This document shows positions 1 to 14,013 of a stretch of DNA of 64,000 nt, in pieces. Position numbers and translations under genes: made by a program. Each line of letters starts with the position of its first letter. The stretch's first letter is position 1. Under the pieces are notes generated by a model. The model was not told the origin of the DNA. It made no database searches and saw only the letters and a program-made list of their open reading frames with translations. This DNA is from Coriobacteriia bacterium (lineage in GTDB: Bacteria > Actinomycetota > Coriobacteriia > Anaerosomatales > PALSA-660), in NCBI GenBank assembly GCA_025361885.1, contig JANYJF010000001.1:5208-69207 (forward strand). Reading direction: 5' to 3'.

Positions 1-1577
<1,577 letters not shown>

Positions 1578-1599
1578 ACGTTCACCGATGGAGCAAGCC

Positions 1600-1637
1600 G
1601 GGGCGCTGCGGTCCCCTCCGAGGGACAGCAGCGCCCC
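1600..1637 (+). terminator. GC-rich hairpin after rpoC (GGGGCGCTGC-G-GTCCC / loop CTCCGA / GGGAC-A-GCAGCGCCCC), no U-tract
   Basis: Inverted repeat read directly, 23 nt after the rpoC stop. 15 paired bases with one G/A mismatch. Confidence 0.5.
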
Positions 1638-1683
1638 GTCGCACGAAGCCGGGGGATGAGATACGCCCGGGTGCGTGGTTAGA

Positions 1684-1713
1684 TTGACAGCCCGTGAGGG
1701 CCGATGGTAGAGT
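1684..1713 (+). promoter_or_regulatory. sigma-70-type promoter for the rpsL-rpsG-fusA operon (TTGACA, 18-nt spacer, TGG-TAGAGT extended -10)
   Basis: TTGACA at 1684-1689 and TAGAGT at 1708-1713, preceded by TG. About 95 nt upstream of the rpsL start. Confidence 0.6.
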
Positions 1714-1807
1714 GCCTCTTTGCGACTTCAGCGCGGCCGCACGCCGACGCGTGCATTCCGTGAGATGGCACCGCATGCACGTGAATGACGATTGAAGGAG
1801 AAGAGCG

Positions 1808-2179
1808 TTGCCCACTATCAACCAGCTGGTCCGCAAGGGCCGCAAGCAGGCAGCCGACAAGAGCAAGACTCCCGCACTGAAGGGGAACCCGCAGAAGCGT
1901 GGCGTGTGCACCCGCGTGTACACCACCACCCCGAAGAAGCCGAACTCCGCCCTCCGCAAGGTGGCTCGTGTCCGTCTGGTGAACCAGATGGAGATCACCG
2001 CCTATATCCCGGGCATCGGCCACAACCTGCAGGAGCACTCGATAGTCCTCGTCCGCGGCGGTCGTGTTAAGGACCTCCCGGGTGTGCGCTACAAGATCAT
2101 CCGAGCCGCGCTTGACTGTGCCGGCGTGGCAAAGCGCAACCAGGCTCGCTCGCGTTACGGCGTCAAGCGCGCCAAGTAA
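1808..2179 (+). CDS. rpsL: 30S ribosomal protein S12
   Basis: [13 protein letters not shown]-terminus, 123 aa, TTG start with GAAGGAG SD upstream. Confidence 0.97.
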   Translation: MPTINQLVRKGRKQAADKSKTPALKGNPQKRGVCTRVYTTTPKKPNSALRKVARVRLVNQMEITAYIPGIGHNLQEHSIVLVRGGRVKDLPGVRYKIIRAALDCAGVAKRNQARSRYGVKRAK

Positions 2180-2261
2180 CGTCGGACAGTAACCGTATCG
2201 GGCGCCCGCGGCGCAATGCAGCGGGCGTCACGCTTGAGGAAGATCGACAAGGAGAGGTGCA

Positions 2262-2732
2262 ATGCCAAGGCGCGCAGCAGCTCAGCGTCGCGAGGTCCCT
2301 GCGGACTCCGTGTACAACAACAGGCTCGTCACCCAGCTGATCAACAAGGTCCTGTGGGCCGGCAAGAAGTCGGTGGCGGAGCGGATCGTCTACACAGCGT
2401 TCGAACTCATCGAGAAGAAGACCGCCGGAGACCCGCTCTCGGTGTTCAAGAAGGCCATGGACAACGTCCGTCCGGCTCTCGAGGTCAAGCCCAAGCGGGT
2501 CGGCGGCGCCACGTATCAGGTGCCGATCGAGGTCAACTCCCGCCGGTCGACCACGTTGGCGATCCGCTGGATCGTCGGCTACTCGCGCAAGCGCAAGGAG
2601 AAGACCATGGCCGAGCGACTGGCCAACGAGATCATGGACGCCGCCAATGGCGTCGGTTCCTCGGTGAAGCGTCGCGAGGACCTGTTCAAGATGGCCGAAT
2701 CCAACCGTGCGTTCAGCCACTACCGCTGGTAG
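2262..2732 (+). CDS. rpsG: 30S ribosomal protein S7
   Basis: 156 aa, [12 protein letters not shown]...SHYRW, str-operon position. Confidence 0.97.
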   Translation: MPRRAAAQRREVPADSVYNNRLVTQLINKVLWAGKKSVAERIVYTAFELIEKKTAGDPLSVFKKAMDNVRPALEVKPKRVGGATYQVPIEVNSRRSTTLAIRWIVGYSRKRKEKTMAERLANEIMDAANGVGSSVKRREDLFKMAESNRAFSHYRW

Positions 2733-2772
2733 TCGGCGGAACACTCGGATAAGAACAGAGGTATAGGACCAC

Positions 2773-4869
2773 ATGGCGAAGCGATACCCGCTGGACAAGA
2801 CGCGCAACATCGGGATCATGGCCCATATCGACGCGGGCAAGACCACGACTACCGAGCGCATCCTGTTCTACACGGGCAAGACACACAAGATCGGTGAGGT
2901 GCACGAAGGTGCAGCCACCATGGACTGGATGGTCCAGGAGCAGGAGCGCGGGATCACCATCACCTCCGCCGCCACCACATGCTTCTGGAAGGACCATCGC
3001 ATCCAGATCATAGACACGCCCGGCCACGTTGACTTCACGGTCGAAGTCGAGCGGTCGCTGCGCGTGCTAGACGGTGCGTGCGCCGTCTTCTGCGCCGTCG
3101 GCGGCGTCGAGCCCCAGTCCGAGACCGTGTGGCGCCAGGCCGACACATATGGCGTGCCGCGCATGGCCTACATCAATAAGATGGACCGCACCGGCGCCGA
3201 CTTCTTCAACGTCGTGGAGATGATGAAGGACCGCCTCAAGACCCGTCCGGCACTGATCCAGCTGCCGATCGGCGCAGAGGACCAGTTCAGCGGCATCGTG
3301 GACCTCGTCGAGATGAACGCGATCCACTTCAACGAAGACGAGCAGGGCATCAACCCGACCATCGAGCCGATCCCGGCCGACATGGTCGACGAAGCGGACA
3401 TGTACCGCCACGAGCTGCTCGAGATCGCCGCGGAGTTCGACGACGCGGTCATGGAGAAGGTCCTGGAGGACCAGCCGGTGACCGCCGACGAGATCCGCGC
3501 TGCTCTGCGCCGCGGCTGCATCGACTGCAAGATCACGCCCGTCACCTGCGGCGCGTCGTTCAAGAACAAGGGCGTTCAGCCGCTGCTGGACGCGATCCTC
3601 GATTTCCTTCCCTCGCCGTTGGACATCCCGGCCATCGAGGGCATCGATGTCAAGACCGGCGAGACCGTCTCGCGTCCCCCGGATCCCAAGGCGCCGTTCG
3701 CTGCCTTGGCTTTCAAGGTCATGACGGACCCGTTCGTGGGTAAGCTGACCTACTTCCGCGTCTACTCCGGCACCATGACCGCCGGCTCCTACGTCCTGAA
3801 CTCCACCAAGGACAACAAGGAGCGCATCGGCCGTCTTCTGCAGATGCACGCGAACCATCGAGAGGACGTCGAAGAAGCCACCGCCGGCGACATCGTCGCC
3901 GCGGTCGGCCTCAAGAACACCACGACGGGCGACACCCTGTGCGTGGAGAACGACGCGGTCGTACTCGAGTCCATGGTGTTCCCGGACCCGGTCATCGACA
4001 TCGCCATCGAGCCGAAAACGAAGGCCGAGCAGGACAAGCTCGGCATCGGGCTCGCCAAGCTGGCCGAGGAGGACCCGACGTTCCGGGTCCACACCGACCA
4101 GGAGACCGGCCAGACTATCATCGCCGGTATGGGCGAGTTGCATCTCGAGGTCATCGTCGACCGCCTCCTTCGCGAGTTCAAGGTAGAGGCCAACGTCGGC
4201 AAGCCGCAGGTCGCCTACCGCGAGACCGCGGGCAAGCGCGTCGACGACGTCGACGTGAAGTTCGCGCGCCAGACCGGTGGCCGCGGCCAGTATGGTCACG
4301 TCGTGATCAACGTCGTGCCACAGGCTCCCGGCGACGGATACGTCTTCCAGAGCAAGATCGTCGGTGGCTCCATACCAAAGGAGTACGTGCCGGCGGTCGA
4401 CAAGGGTATTCAGGAGGCGCTGCACACAGGCGTGCTCGCGGGCTATCCGGTCGTCGACGTCAAGGTCGAGCTCGTCGACGGCTCCTACCACGAGGTCGAC
4501 TCGTCGGAGATGGCGTTCAAGATCGCGGGCTCCATGGCGATCAAGGAAGGCCTTCGCAAGTCGGGCGCGATCATCCTCGAGCCGATGATGGCGGTCGAGG
4601 TCAACACTCCCGAGGACTTCATGGGCGATGTGATGGGCGACCTGTCCAGCCGTCGTGGCCACATCGAGGGTATGGAGCCGCGCGGCGGCGCCCAGGTCAT
4701 CAAGGCCAAGGTGCCGTTGTCGGAGATGTTCGGCTACTCGACCGACTTGCGGTCCCGCACGCAGGGCCGCGCGGTCTACTCTATGCAGTTCAAGGCCTAC
4801 GAGCAGGTACCGAAGAGCGTCGCCGCAGAGATCATCAGCAAGGTCCAGGGCGAGGCGCCCGCGAACTAG
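2773..4869 (+). CDS. fusA: Elongation factor G
   Basis: 698 aa, [21 protein letters not shown]1 motif, DTPGHVDF. Confidence 0.97.
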   Translation: MAKRYPLDKTRNIGIMAHIDAGKTTTTERILFYTGKTHKIGEVHEGAATMDWMVQEQERGITITSAATTCFWKDHRIQIIDTPGHVDFTVEVERSLRVLDGACAVFCAVGGVEPQSETVWRQADTYGVPRMAYINKMDRTGADFFNVVEMMKDRLKTRPALIQLPIGAEDQFSGIVDLVEMNAIHFNEDEQGINPTIEPIPADMVDEADMYRHELLEIAAEFDDAVMEKVLEDQPVTADEIRAALRRGCIDCKITPVTCGASFKNKGVQPLLDAILDFLPSPLDIPAIEGIDVKTGETVSRPPDPKAPFAALAFKVMTDPFVGKLTYFRVYSGTMTAGSYVLNSTKDNKERIGRLLQMHANHREDVEEATAGDIVAAVGLKNTTTGDTLCVENDAVVLESMVFPDPVIDIAIEPKTKAEQDKLGIGLAKLAEEDPTFRVHTDQETGQTIIAGMGELHLEVIVDRLLREFKVEANVGKPQVAYRETAGKRVDDVDVKFARQTGGRGQYGHVVINVVPQAPGDGYVFQSKIVGGSIPKEYVPAVDKGIQEALHTGVLAGYPVVDVKVELVDGSYHEVDSSEMAFKIAGSMAIKEGLRKSGAIILEPMMAVEVNTPEDFMGDVMGDLSSRRGHIEGMEPRGGAQVIKAKVPLSEMFGYSTDLRSRTQGRAVYSMQFKAYEQVPKSVAAEIISKVQGEAPAN

Positions 4870-4937
4870 GGCACCTGTCACGGAGCCGCGCCGCGGCTCC
4901 CATTGACGGTCAGTCCGCACTGACGGAGGTAGAAGAG

Positions 4938-5246
4938 TTGGCGAACCAGAAGATCAGGATCCGGTTGAAGGCCTACGATCACGAGATCGTGGACCAGTCC
5001 ACGAAGAAGATCGTCGAGACGGCGCAGAAGACCGGCGCCCGGGTGTCGGGACCCATCCCGTTGCCGACGGAGCGCAACCTGTATTGCGTCATCCGCTCGC
5101 CCCACGTCAACAAGGACAGCCGGGAGCACTTCGAGATGCGGACCCACAAGCGCCTCATCGACATCCTGGATCCCACGCCCAAGACCGTCGATTCGCTCAT
5201 GCGACTCGACTTGCCGGCCGGCGTGGACATCGAGATCAAGCTGTAA
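4938..5246 (+). CDS. rpsJ: 30S ribosomal protein S10
   Basis: TTG start 7 nt after GGAGGT. (M)[14 protein letters not shown]...GVDIEIKL. This is the tail of track ORF 3939..5246; the upstream part is a shadow of fusA. Confidence 0.93.
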   Translation: MANQKIRIRLKAYDHEIVDQSTKKIVETAQKTGARVSGPIPLPTERNLYCVIRSPHVNKDSREHFEMRTHKRLIDILDPTPKTVDSLMRLDLPAGVDIEIKL

Positions 5247-5376
5247 GAGAACCACCGAATCGGGACCATCCGGCGCCACGTGCGGCCGGTGATGATGACG
5301 CGGTCCGCTGGGACCCTTCGCACGATGCGAGGGATATGGCCCATGACCGCATGGAAGTGAAGGCAGGGAAAGGACA

Positions 5377-5997
5377 ATGGCAAAGACGATCCTGGGCACC
5401 AAGATCGGCATGAGCCAGGTCTGGAGCGACGACGACCGGCTCATCCCGGTCACCGTCATCGAGGCCGGCCCATGCGTGATCTCGCAGCTCAAGACCGCCA
5501 AGCGTGACGGCTACGAAGCCATCCAGCTGGCGTACGGCGACATCAAGCCGAAGAAGGTCAATCGGCCGATGAAGGGGCACTTCGCCAAGGCGAAGGTCGA
5601 TCCGAAGCGTTACATCGCGGAGGCGCGGCTCACCGAGGGTGAGACGTTCAAGATCGGGCAGGAGATAAAGGTCGACATCTTCGAACCCGGTGTACTCGTC
5701 GACGTGATCGGCACCAGCAAGGGCAAGGGATTCGCCGGAGTCATGAAGCGCCATAACTTCCACGGCGGGCCCGGCGGCCACGGTTCGCATTTCCACCGCG
5801 CGCCGGGTTCCATCGGTATGTGCGCCACCCCGTCCCGCGTGCACAAGGGCATGAAGCTCCCCGGCCACATGGGCAGCGAGACAGTGACCGTCAAGAACCT
5901 CGAAGTCATCAAGGTCGATCCCGAGCAGAACCTGCTCGTCGTCAAGGGCGCTGTGCCCGGCGGCAAGGGTGGCCTGCTGGTCATCCGCGCTCGGTAG
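5377..5997 (+). CDS. rplC: 50S ribosomal protein L3
   Basis: 206 aa, [16 protein letters not shown]. Confidence 0.96.
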   Translation: MAKTILGTKIGMSQVWSDDDRLIPVTVIEAGPCVISQLKTAKRDGYEAIQLAYGDIKPKKVNRPMKGHFAKAKVDPKRYIAEARLTEGETFKIGQEIKVDIFEPGVLVDVIGTSKGKGFAGVMKRHNFHGGPGGHGSHFHRAPGSIGMCATPSRVHKGMKLPGHMGSETVTVKNLEVIKVDPEQNLLVVKGAVPGGKGGLLVIRAR

Positions 5998-6029
5998 CGC
6001 CCAGGACTGCGATCTAGGAGATAGAAGAC

Positions 6030-6653
6030 ATGGCAAGCGTCGAAGTCAAGGACACGAAGGGCAAGAAGGTGGGCACGGCCGATCTGGCCGACGTCATCTT
6101 CGGAGTCACGCCCAACTCGCACGTTGTACACCTCGTGGTCCGCAGCCAGATGGCCGCGCGCCGCTCGGGCACGCACGATACGAAGACCCGCGGCCAGGTA
6201 CGAGGCGGTGGCGCCAAGCCGTGGCGTCAGAAGGGCACGGGCCGCGCACGCGCCGGCTCGTCCCGATCGCCGATCTGGACCGGTGGTGGCACCGTCTTCG
6301 GCCCGCATCCGCGTTCTTACGCGTTCAAGGTGCCGAACAAGGTCGTCAAGCTGGCGATGCGCTCGGTGCTCTCCTCGAAGATGAGCGAAGGCGTCATGCA
6401 CGTCATCGACGACTTCGGTCTCACCGGACCGTCGACCAAGAGCGCTGCGGCGATCATCAAGGCGCTCGGCATCACAGGTCGCGTGACCGTCGTCGTAGGG
6501 AATGACGACGATATGGCGATCCGGTCGCTGCGCAACCTCGAAAAGGTGCGCGTGATCACCGCCTCAGAGTCGAACACGTACGATCTGGTCGACAACACCG
6601 CGCTGCTGTTCACGAAGCCGGCGCTCGAGTGGCTCGAGGGGGTGCTGTCGTAA
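6030..6653 (+). CDS. rplD: 50S ribosomal protein L4
   Basis: 207 aa, S10-operon order, [15 protein letters not shown] motif. Confidence 0.95.
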   Translation: MASVEVKDTKGKKVGTADLADVIFGVTPNSHVVHLVVRSQMAARRSGTHDTKTRGQVRGGGAKPWRQKGTGRARAGSSRSPIWTGGGTVFGPHPRSYAFKVPNKVVKLAMRSVLSSKMSEGVMHVIDDFGLTGPSTKSAAAIIKALGITGRVTVVVGNDDDMAIRSLRNLEKVRVITASESNTYDLVDNTALLFTKPALEWLEGVLS

Positions 6654-6940
6654 TGCAGAACGCCCACGAGGTCGTGCTGCGCCCGATCGTCTCGGAGAAG
6701 TCCTACGCGATGATCGAGCACAACCGCTACACGTTCGAGGTCGCCAAGGCATCTCGGAAGATCGAGATCGCCAAAGCGGTCGAGGAGCTCTTCCACGTCA
6801 CGGTGACGAGCGTCAACACCATGAACGTCCCGGGCAAGAAGCGACGGGTCCGCTATGCGCAGGGAACGACCCCGTCGTGGAAGAAAGCCATCGTCACCCT
6901 GAAGGCTGGCGACAAGATCGAGTTCTTCGAGGGCCGCTAG
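6653..6940 (+). CDS. rplW: 50S ribosomal protein L23
   Basis: ATG in a TAATG overlap with the rplD stop. [18 protein letters not shown], 95 aa. Confidence 0.9.
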   Translation: MQNAHEVVLRPIVSEKSYAMIEHNRYTFEVAKASRKIEIAKAVEELFHVTVTSVNTMNVPGKKRRVRYAQGTTPSWKKAIVTLKAGDKIEFFEGR

Positions 6941-7121
6941 GTCTTCGCCGGTGCCCCCAGGGGTGCCACGTAAGGGTAGTCGTGCGGGTTCCGCTAATGG
7001 AGCCGCCCGGCACCGTGTGAGGTCCGGCGTCGGAACGCCTCGCCGCCGTTGAGTGGCCCGAGAAAGGTCACGAAGGCGGCAGTCCCAGGGCGGACCGGCC
7101 ATCGGATGAGAAGGAGTGGAA

Positions 7122-7952
7122 ATGGGACTGAAGAAGTACAAGCCGACTTCACCGGGTCGCCGGTTCATGTCGGTCTCCGATTTCGCGGAGATCACGACGT
7201 CGACCCCCGAGAAGTCACTCATCGCCCCGCTGCACAGCACCGGCGGGCGCAACAACAACGGCCGCATCACCACGCGGCACCAAGGCGGCGGCCACAAGCG
7301 TCGCTACCGTATCATCGACTTCAAGCGGAACAAGGACGGCGTTCCTGCCAAGGTGGCGACGATCGAGTACGACCCCAACCGGTCGGCCCGTATCGCACTC
7401 CTGCACTATGCCGATGGCGAGAAGCGCTACATCCTGTGCCCGGCCAAACTGTCGGTGGGCGACGTGGTCATGTCAGGTGCCGGCTCGGACATCAAGCCGG
7501 GCAACACCCTGCCGCTTGCCGACATCCCCACGGGTACCGTGGTCCACGCGGTCGAGCTGCAGCCCGGCAGGGGTGCGGCGATGGCCCGCTCCGCGGGCAC
7601 GTCGATCCAGCTGATGGCCAAGGAGGGCAAGAACGCGATCCTGCGCATGCCCTCCTCCGAGATGCGGATGGTGCCGCTGACCTGTCGCGCGACCATCGGC
7701 ATCGTGGGCAACGCCGATCACGACGGCATCCGCGTCGGTAAAGCCGGCCGCGCCCGTTGGCTCGGCATACGCCCGACCGTCCGCGGTACCGCGATGAACC
7801 CGGTCGACCATCCGCACGGCGGCGGCGAAGGCAAGAACAAGTCCGCCGGTCGTCACCCGGTAACCCCGTGGGGTGTCCCTACCAAGGGCCATCGCACGCG
7901 CAACAAGAAGAAGGCAAGCAGTAGCATGATCATCCGTCGCCGCAAGAAGTAG
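7122..7952 (+). CDS. rplB: 50S ribosomal protein L2
   Basis: [20 protein letters not shown] 5 nt upstream of the ATG. A GTG at 7116 is an alternative start. Confidence 0.95.
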   Translation: MGLKKYKPTSPGRRFMSVSDFAEITTSTPEKSLIAPLHSTGGRNNNGRITTRHQGGGHKRRYRIIDFKRNKDGVPAKVATIEYDPNRSARIALLHYADGEKRYILCPAKLSVGDVVMSGAGSDIKPGNTLPLADIPTGTVVHAVELQPGRGAAMARSAGTSIQLMAKEGKNAILRMPSSEMRMVPLTCRATIGIVGNADHDGIRVGKAGRARWLGIRPTVRGTAMNPVDHPHGGGEGKNKSAGRHPVTPWGVPTKGHRTRNKKKASSSMIIRRRKK

Positions 7953-7998
7953 CGGTCTCGATCTCACACTGCAGGGATAAGGAGCTGAAAGTCGAGCC

Positions 7999-8274
7999 AT
8001 GAGTAGAAGCCTCAAGAAGGGACCATTCGTCCAGCCGCGGCTGCTCTCCCGGGTCCGCGTGATGAACGAGGCCGGAGAGAAGCGCGTCATCAAGACCTGG
8101 TCGCGCGCGTCGACCATCTTCCCGGAGATGGTGGGACACACGATCGCGGTGCACGACGGCCGCAAGCACGTGCCAGTGTACGTGACCGAGTCGATGGTCG
8201 GTCACAAGCTCGGCGAGTTCGCCCCGACCCGCACCTTCAAGGGTCACGCCGGCGACAAGAAGGGCAAGCGCTAG
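7999..8274 (+). CDS. rpsS: 30S ribosomal protein S19
   Basis: 91 aa, [11 protein letters not shown]. Confidence 0.97.
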   Translation: MSRSLKKGPFVQPRLLSRVRVMNEAGEKRVIKTWSRASTIFPEMVGHTIAVHDGRKHVPVYVTESMVGHKLGEFAPTRTFKGHAGDKKGKR

Positions 8275-8366
8275 GCGCACCCGCACGGATGGATCCGCAT
8301 GTGCCCGCTCGCCGGGCGGTATGAGACGGCACCGGGTACGGCGAAAGTCGGAGGTTGAGGAAGTAG

Positions 8367-8708
8367 ATGGAAGCCAGAGCAACAGCCAAGTACGTTCACG
8401 TGAGCCCGCGTAAGGCGCGGCTCGTCGTGGACATGGTGCGCGGCAAGAACGCGGGAGAGGCCGCGACGATCCTGCGGTTCACGCCCAAGGCCGCAGCCGA
8501 GATCGTCGGCAAGGTACTCGCCAGCGCGGTAGCCAACGCCGAGAAGAACCTGAAGATCAAGCCGGAAACGCTGTTCGTGTCGGAGGCGTACGTCAACGAG
8601 GGTCCTACCCTCAAGCGTATCCGCCCCCGTGCCATGGGCCGCGCATTCAAGATCCGCAAGCGCAGCAGCCACATCACGATCGTGGTCAAGCAGCGAGAGG
8701 AGGCGTAG
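8367..8708 (+). CDS. rplV: 50S ribosomal protein L22
   Basis: 113 aa, [20 protein letters not shown]. Confidence 0.96.
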   Translation: MEARATAKYVHVSPRKARLVVDMVRGKNAGEAATILRFTPKAAAEIVGKVLASAVANAEKNLKIKPETLFVSEAYVNEGPTLKRIRPRAMGRAFKIRKRSSHITIVVKQREEA

Positions 8709-8714
8709 CTCACG

Positions 8715-9443
8715 ATGGGTCAGAAAGTCCATCCCGTCAGCCCTCGTCTGGGCATCACTGAGGACTGGCGTTCGAAGTGGTACCAGGGCAAGGGGTTCGC
8801 GGACACGCTCTACGAAGACATCCGCGTGCGCCAGTACCTGACCAAGCGCCTCAAGCGCGCCGCACTCTCGCGCATCGATATCGAGCGCATGGGTGACAAG
8901 GTCGTGGTGTCCCTTTGGACAGCCCGTCCCGGCATCGTGATCGGCAAGAAGGGCGCCGAGGTCGACATCCTTCGCAAGGACCTCGAGAAGTTGAGCGGCC
9001 ACCACGTGGCGGTCAACATCATCGAGATCAAGAGGCCGGAGCTCGACGCGGCGCTGGTGGCGCAGGGTGTTGCCGAGCAGCTCGAAGCGCGTGTCGGCTT
9101 CCGTCGCGCCATGAAGAAGGCCGTCACCTCCGCCATGAAGGGCGGTGCGCTGGGCATCCGCATCCAGTGCTCCGGTCGACTCGGAGGCGCTGAGATGGGT
9201 CGTCGCGAGTGGTATCGCGAAGGTCGCGTGCCGCTGCACACCCTTCGGGCCAAGATCGACTACGGCACCGCCGTGGCCACGACGACCTTCGGCGTCATCG
9301 GTCTGAAGGTCTGGATCTACAAGGGCGAGCTGCTGCCGGGTCAGACCATGGCGCAGTTCAACGAGCCCGCCGATGATCGTCCCTCGCGTCCGTCCGGCGA
9401 TCGTCGCGGCGGCCGCCGGAACGAGGGTGGAGGTAGAGGTTAG
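8715..9443 (+). CDS. rpsC: 30S ribosomal protein S3
   Basis: 242 aa, [14 protein letters not shown], basic Gly/Arg tail. Confidence 0.96.
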   Translation: MGQKVHPVSPRLGITEDWRSKWYQGKGFADTLYEDIRVRQYLTKRLKRAALSRIDIERMGDKVVVSLWTARPGIVIGKKGAEVDILRKDLEKLSGHHVAVNIIEIKRPELDAALVAQGVAEQLEARVGFRRAMKKAVTSAMKGGALGIRIQCSGRLGGAEMGRREWYREGRVPLHTLRAKIDYGTAVATTTFGVIGLKVWIYKGELLPGQTMAQFNEPADDRPSRPSGDRRGGRRNEGGGRG

Positions 9444-9445
9444 AG

Positions 9446-9871
9446 ATGCTGCTTCCCAAGAGAGTCAAGCATCGCAAGGTGCAGCGCGGGTCCATGAGAG
9501 GCGAGGCGAAGGGCGGGACTCAGGTCACGTTCGGTGACTTCGGTCTCAAGGCGCTCGAGCCGGCCTGGATCACGAACCGCCAGATCGAGGCCGCTCGTGT
9601 CGCGATGACCCGTTACATGAAGCGTGGCGGAAAGGTCTGGATCACGATCTTCCCGGACAAGCCCGTCACGCAGAAGCCGGCCGAGACCCGCATGGGTTCC
9701 GGCAAGGGTAACCCCGAGAAGTGGGTCGCCGTGGTCAAGCCCGGACGCGTCATGTTCGAGATCGCCGGTGTCCCTGAAGAGGTCGCGAAGGAAGCCATGC
9801 GCCTGGCTGCGCACAAGCTCCCGATCAAGACCAAGTTCGTCACACGAGTCGACAGTGGCGGTGAAGCATAG
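9446..9871 (+). CDS. rplP: 50S ribosomal protein L16
   Basis: 141 aa, [15 protein letters not shown]. Confidence 0.97.
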   Translation: MLLPKRVKHRKVQRGSMRGEAKGGTQVTFGDFGLKALEPAWITNRQIEAARVAMTRYMKRGGKVWITIFPDKPVTQKPAETRMGSGKGNPEKWVAVVKPGRVMFEIAGVPEEVAKEAMRLAAHKLPIKTKFVTRVDSGGEA

Positions 9872-10087
9872 ATGAAGGCGAACGAGATCCACGAGATGAA
9901 CGAGACGGACCTGGCAGTCAAGCTGAAGGACGCCCGGGTCGAGTTGTTCAACCTCCGCTTCCAGCACGCCACCGGCCAGCTGGACAACCCCACGAAGATC
10001 GCTGCGGTCAAACGCGACATCGCGCGACTGCACACGGAGATACGCGCGCGCGAGATCGAGGCCGCCAAGAAGGCCGCGGCCTCCTAG
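9872..10087 (+). CDS. rpmC: 50S ribosomal protein L29
   Basis: 71 aa, TAGATG junction with rpl[11 protein letters not shown] motif. Confidence 0.94.
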   Translation: MKANEIHEMNETDLAVKLKDARVELFNLRFQHATGQLDNPTKIAAVKRDIARLHTEIRAREIEAAKKAAAS

Positions 10088-10116
10088 GGCCGGCGAGAAG
10101 GACGGAAGAGGACTGA

Positions 10117-10383
10117 GTGAACATGACTGAAGAGCGCAACAGGCGGAAGACACGGCAGGGCGTGGTCGTATCCACGGCCGGCGACAAGACCTGCGTCGTC
10201 CGTGTCGATGACCGCAAGAAGCACCCCCTGTACGGCAAGATGATGACCCACTCCACGAAGTTCCACGCGCACGACGAGAACAACGAATGCGCTGTGGGCG
10301 ACGTGGTCGCAATCATGGAGACGCGTCCGCTGTCGAAGCTGAAGCGGTGGCGTCTGGTCGAGATCATCGAGAAGGCCAAGTAG
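10117..10383 (+). CDS. rpsQ: 30S ribosomal protein S17
   Basis: 88 aa, [10 protein letters not shown]...KRWRLVEI. An ATG at 10123 is an alternative start. Confidence 0.93.
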   Translation: MNMTEERNRRKTRQGVVVSTAGDKTCVVRVDDRKKHPLYGKMMTHSTKFHAHDENNECAVGDVVAIMETRPLSKLKRWRLVEIIEKAK

Positions 10384-10452
10384 CAACGGCCGATGCGGGT
10401 CCGCGCGCACGCGCGACGCCCGTCAGGTCCGAGACGGTTTGCGGAGGAAGCA

Positions 10453-10821
10453 ATGATCCAAGCAGAGAGTCGACTGAAGGTGGCCGACAACTCGGGCGCG
10501 AGGCAGGTGCTGTGCATCAAGGTCCTCGGAGGCTCGAAGCGTCGTTATGCTTACGTCGGCGACACCATCATCGTGACGGTCAAGGAAGCGATTCCTAACG
10601 GCGCGGTCAAGAAGGGCGAGGTCGTCAAGGCGGTCGTCGTCCGCTGCAAGAAGGAGATACGCCGTCCCGACGGCAGCTACATCAAGTTCGACGAGAACGC
10701 TGCGGTCATCATCGACAACCAGGGCAATCCGCGTGGAACCCGTATCTTCGGCCCCGTGGCCCGCGAGCTTCGCGATCGCAAGTACATGAAGATCGTTTCG
10801 CTGGCGCCCGAGGTCCTGTAG
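10453..10821 (+). CDS. rplN: 50S ribosomal protein L14
   Basis: [17 protein letters not shown], 122 aa. The track ORF from 10393 is over-extended. Confidence 0.96.
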   Translation: MIQAESRLKVADNSGARQVLCIKVLGGSKRRYAYVGDTIIVTVKEAIPNGAVKKGEVVKAVVVRCKKEIRRPDGSYIKFDENAAVIIDNQGNPRGTRIFGPVARELRDRKYMKIVSLAPEVL

Positions 10822-10834
10822 GAGGTATGTGAAC

Positions 10835-11158
10835 ATGGCGAAGTCCCTCAGCATCCGCAAGGGTGACAAGGTGCGCATCATCGCAGGCAAGGACAAGGGC
10901 AAGGAAGGCAAGATCCTCGAGGCGCTTCCCTACAAGGAGCGCGTCGTGGTGGAGGGTGCGAACATGACCAAGCGTCATATGCGCCCGACACAGAAGGTGC
11001 CGCAGGGCGGCATCGTCGAGATCCCCGGCACCATCCATGTCAGCAACGTGATGTTGATCTGCCCGAACTGCGCTCAGCCGACCCGTATCGGCCGGCTCCG
11101 CGAAGGCGGCGTGCGCGTGCGCGTCTGCAAGAAGTGCGGCAAGCAGATCGAGAAGTAG
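10835..11158 (+). CDS. rplX: 50S ribosomal protein L24
   Basis: KOW motif KGDKVRIIAGKDKGKEG. ATG 9 nt after GGAGG. A GTG at 10829 is an alternative start. Confidence 0.93.
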   Translation: MAKSLSIRKGDKVRIIAGKDKGKEGKILEALPYKERVVVEGANMTKRHMRPTQKVPQGGIVEIPGTIHVSNVMLICPNCAQPTRIGRLREGGVRVRVCKKCGKQIEK

Positions 11159-11250
11159 ACCCCAAGCGGCTGCGGTCCCTCGCAGCCGACAGCAAGTGAC
11201 GCCGGGTCGGAAATCCGGCGCCCGACTTTAGAACCGTGGAGGTATCGCAA

Positions 11251-11793
11251 GTGGCACCCAGGCTTAAGGACAAGTACTACAAGGAGGTCCGCTCCGCTCT
11301 CAAAGAGCAGCTCGGCCTCGGCAACATCCATCAGGTCCCGCAGTTGCAGAAGATCGTCGTCAACATGGGCGTCGGTATGGCGACCCAGGACTCGAAGGCG
11401 CTCGACGTGGCCATGGCCGACATGGCCATCGTGACCGGGCAGAAGCCCGTCGTGACACGTGCCCGAAAGTCGATCGCGGCCTTCAAGCTCCGCAAGGGCA
11501 TGCCCATCGGCGCCAAGGTGACGCTTCGTGGCGACCGCATGTGGGAGTTCATGGACCGTCTGCTCGCGACGGCGCTCCCGCGTATCCGCGACTTCCGGGG
11601 TATCAACCCCAACTCGTTCGATGGCCGCGGTAACTACTCCATGGGCGTCGACGAGCAGCTGATCTTCCCTGAGATCGACTATGACCAGGTGGACCGCGTC
11701 CGCGGCATGGACATCACATTCGTGACATCCGCCAGGACCGACGAGGAGTGCCGCGCACTCCTGGACGCGTACGCCTTTCCGTTCGCCAAGTAG
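11251..11793 (+). CDS. rplE: 50S ribosomal protein L5
   Basis: GTG start after GGAGG. (M)[12 protein letters not shown], 180 aa. Confidence 0.93.
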   Translation: MAPRLKDKYYKEVRSALKEQLGLGNIHQVPQLQKIVVNMGVGMATQDSKALDVAMADMAIVTGQKPVVTRARKSIAAFKLRKGMPIGAKVTLRGDRMWEFMDRLLATALPRIRDFRGINPNSFDGRGNYSMGVDEQLIFPEIDYDQVDRVRGMDITFVTSARTDEECRALLDAYAFPFAK

Positions 11794-11855
11794 GCACGAT
11801 GCACACACCAGGCACCGGTCCGGCCGGCCGGTTGCCCAGTCCGAGGAGGTAGAAC

Positions 11856-12041
11856 GTGGCCAAGAAATCGATGATCGCAAAGGCGAAGCGCACACCGAAG
11901 TTCAGTGTGCGCCAGGTCACCCGCTGCAACCGCTGCGGTCGGCCGCATTCCGTCTACCGCAAGTTCGGCCTGTGCCGCATCTGCCTGCGTGAGCTCGCCA
12001 GTCGTGGAGAGATCCCCGGCGTGCGCAAGGCGAGCTGGTAG
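11856..12041 (+). CDS. rpsN: 30S ribosomal protein S14, short zinc-binding (type Z) form
   Basis: 61 aa with CNRC...CRIC four-Cys motif. spc-operon position between rplE and rpsH. Confidence 0.95.
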   Translation: MAKKSMIAKAKRTPKFSVRQVTRCNRCGRPHSVYRKFGLCRICLRELASRGEIPGVRKASW

Positions 12042-12130
12042 ACCGACACGTCCGCTCCGGCGTAGCGCGCGAGCTAAGGGTTCGCGCGAACCGCCGGCAG
12101 TGCACTTCGCAACCATAGGAGGAACGACAC

Positions 12131-12529
12131 ATGAGCATGACAGACCCCATCGCCGACATGTTGACTCGCGTGCGCAACGCGAACTCGGCGTATATCGGCA
12201 AGGTCTCGATGCCCTCGTCCAAGAAGCTGGTGGAGATCGCCCGCATCATGAAGGAAGAGGGCTACGTAGCCGAGTACAGCGTGACCCCGGGCGAGCCCCA
12301 GGCGACCCTCTCGATCACGCTCAAGTTCGGCGTCAAGAAGGAGCGGACCATCACAGGTATCCGCCGCATCTCCAAGCCGGGTCTTCGCGTGTATGCGAAG
12401 AAGGACGAGCTTCCCCGCGTGCTCGGCGGTCTCGGCATCGCCGTGATCTCGACATCGCGCGGTGTCATGACCGACAAGAAGGCCAAGACCGCCGGTGTCG
12501 GCGGCGAAGTCATCGCCTACATCTGGTAA
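12131..12529 (+). CDS. rpsH: 30S ribosomal protein S8
   Basis: 132 aa, [17 protein letters not shown]. Confidence 0.97.
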   Translation: MSMTDPIADMLTRVRNANSAYIGKVSMPSSKKLVEIARIMKEEGYVAEYSVTPGEPQATLSITLKFGVKKERTITGIRRISKPGLRVYAKKDELPRVLGGLGIAVISTSRGVMTDKKAKTAGVGGEVIAYIW

Positions 12530-12561
12530 TCCGGACAGGAACCGAAAGGAGCGAACAAGCC

Positions 12562-13098
12562 GTGTCTCGAATCGGCAAGCAGCCCATCCCGGTCCCGTCC
12601 GGGGTCGAGGTGAAGATCGACGGCTCGACCGTCACGGTCACGGGCCCCAAGGGGACCCTGACCAGCACGTTCAGGGAAGAGATGACCATCACGCTCGAGG
12701 ACGGCGTGCTGCACGTCACGCGCCCGTCTGATGAACGAACCCATCGCTCGCTGCACGGTCTGACCCGCACGCTGGTGTCGAACATGGTCACCGGCGTTTC
12801 CGAGGGCTTCCACAAGAACCTCGAGATCGTCGGCGTCGGTTACCGCGCGGTGCTCAAGGGAGACGACATCGAGATGGCCCTCGGGTTCTCTCACCCGGTG
12901 CTCATCAAGGGTGAGCCCGGCATCACGTTCGAGGTGCCGGCCCCGACCAAGATAACTGTGCGCGGCATCGACAAGCAGCGCGTGGGTCAGATCGCCGCTG
13001 AGATCCGCAAGTGGCGCCAGCCGGAGCCCTACAAGGGCAAGGGTGTCCGATACGAAGGCGAACACGTCCGCCGCAAGCTCGGCAAGACGGCCAAGTAG
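12562..13098 (+). CDS. rplF: 50S ribosomal protein L6
   Basis: GTG start, (M)[16 protein letters not shown], 178 aa. This is the tail of the over-long track ORF 11905..13098. Confidence 0.94.
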   Translation: MSRIGKQPIPVPSGVEVKIDGSTVTVTGPKGTLTSTFREEMTITLEDGVLHVTRPSDERTHRSLHGLTRTLVSNMVTGVSEGFHKNLEIVGVGYRAVLKGDDIEMALGFSHPVLIKGEPGITFEVPAPTKITVRGIDKQRVGQIAAEIRKWRQPEPYKGKGVRYEGEHVRRKLGKTAK

Positions 13099-13116
13099 GG
13101 AAGGGCAGAAGCGAAA

Positions 13117-13485
13117 ATGGACAAGCTCAAGGCCAAAGCGGCCGGCCTCGTTCGCCGGCAGCGCAGGGTCCGTGGCAAGATCGATGGGACCGCCGAGCGC
13201 CCTCGCCTCCGCGTGACCCGCAGCAACGCGAACATCTACGCTCAGCTCATCGACGACGTCGCGGGGGCCACCATGGCCGCCGCATCCACTGTCGACCCCG
13301 AGCTGCGCTCCAAGCTCAAGGTCGGTTCCAACACCGAGGCCGCGAAGGCCGTCGGGGAGCTGCTGGGTAAGCGCGCCGTCGAGGCGGGCGTCACCGAGGT
13401 CGTCTTCGACCGTGGCGGCCGCATCTACCACGGTCGCGTGCAGGCTCTCGCCGAGGGCGCCCGCAGCGCCGGACTGAAGTTCTAG
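13117..13485 (+). CDS. rplR: 50S ribosomal protein L18
   Basis: 122 aa, [18 protein letters not shown]. Confidence 0.96.
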   Translation: MDKLKAKAAGLVRRQRRVRGKIDGTAERPRLRVTRSNANIYAQLIDDVAGATMAAASTVDPELRSKLKVGSNTEAAKAVGELLGKRAVEAGVTEVVFDRGGRIYHGRVQALAEGARSAGLKF

Positions 13486-13497
13486 GGAGGATCAAGA

Positions 13498-14007
13498 ATG
13501 GCACGCAACGTCGCTCCGGTCTCGGACCTTCAGGAGAAGGTCGTCTATATCAACCGCGTGTCCAAGGTCGTCAAGGGCGGACGGCGTTTCTCGCTGACCG
13601 CACTCGTCGTCGTGGGTGACGGCGCGGGCAACGTGGGAGTCGGCATGGGCAAGTCCGCCGAAGTCCCCGTGGCGATCAAGAAGGGCGTCGAAGACGCCAA
13701 GAAGAACATGTTCAAGTTCCCGATGTCAGGCACGACGATCCCGCATACCGTGGTAGGTCGCTTCGGAGCCGGCAAGGTCCTTCTCAAGCCCGCCGCACCC
13801 GGTACCGGCATCATCGCCGGTGGCCCCGTGCGCGCCCTGCTCGAGCTGGCGGGGATCAAGGACATCCTGTCCAAGTCGCAGGGTTCCGACAACGCACTCA
13901 ACATGGTGAAGGCCGCCGCAGCCGGTTTGGGCGACCTCGCCAGCGCCAAGGACATCGCCCGCCGTCGCGGCAAGACGGTCGGCCAGGTCTACGGCTGGGA
14001 GGAGTAA
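13498..14007 (+). CDS. rpsE: 30S ribosomal protein S5
   Basis: 169 aa, [15 protein letters not shown]. Confidence 0.97.
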   Translation: MARNVAPVSDLQEKVVYINRVSKVVKGGRRFSLTALVVVGDGAGNVGVGMGKSAEVPVAIKKGVEDAKKNMFKFPMSGTTIPHTVVGRFGAGKVLLKPAAPGTGIIAGGPVRALLELAGIKDILSKSQGSDNALNMVKAAAAGLGDLASAKDIARRRGKTVGQVYGWEE

Positions 14008-14013
14008 CCCGCT

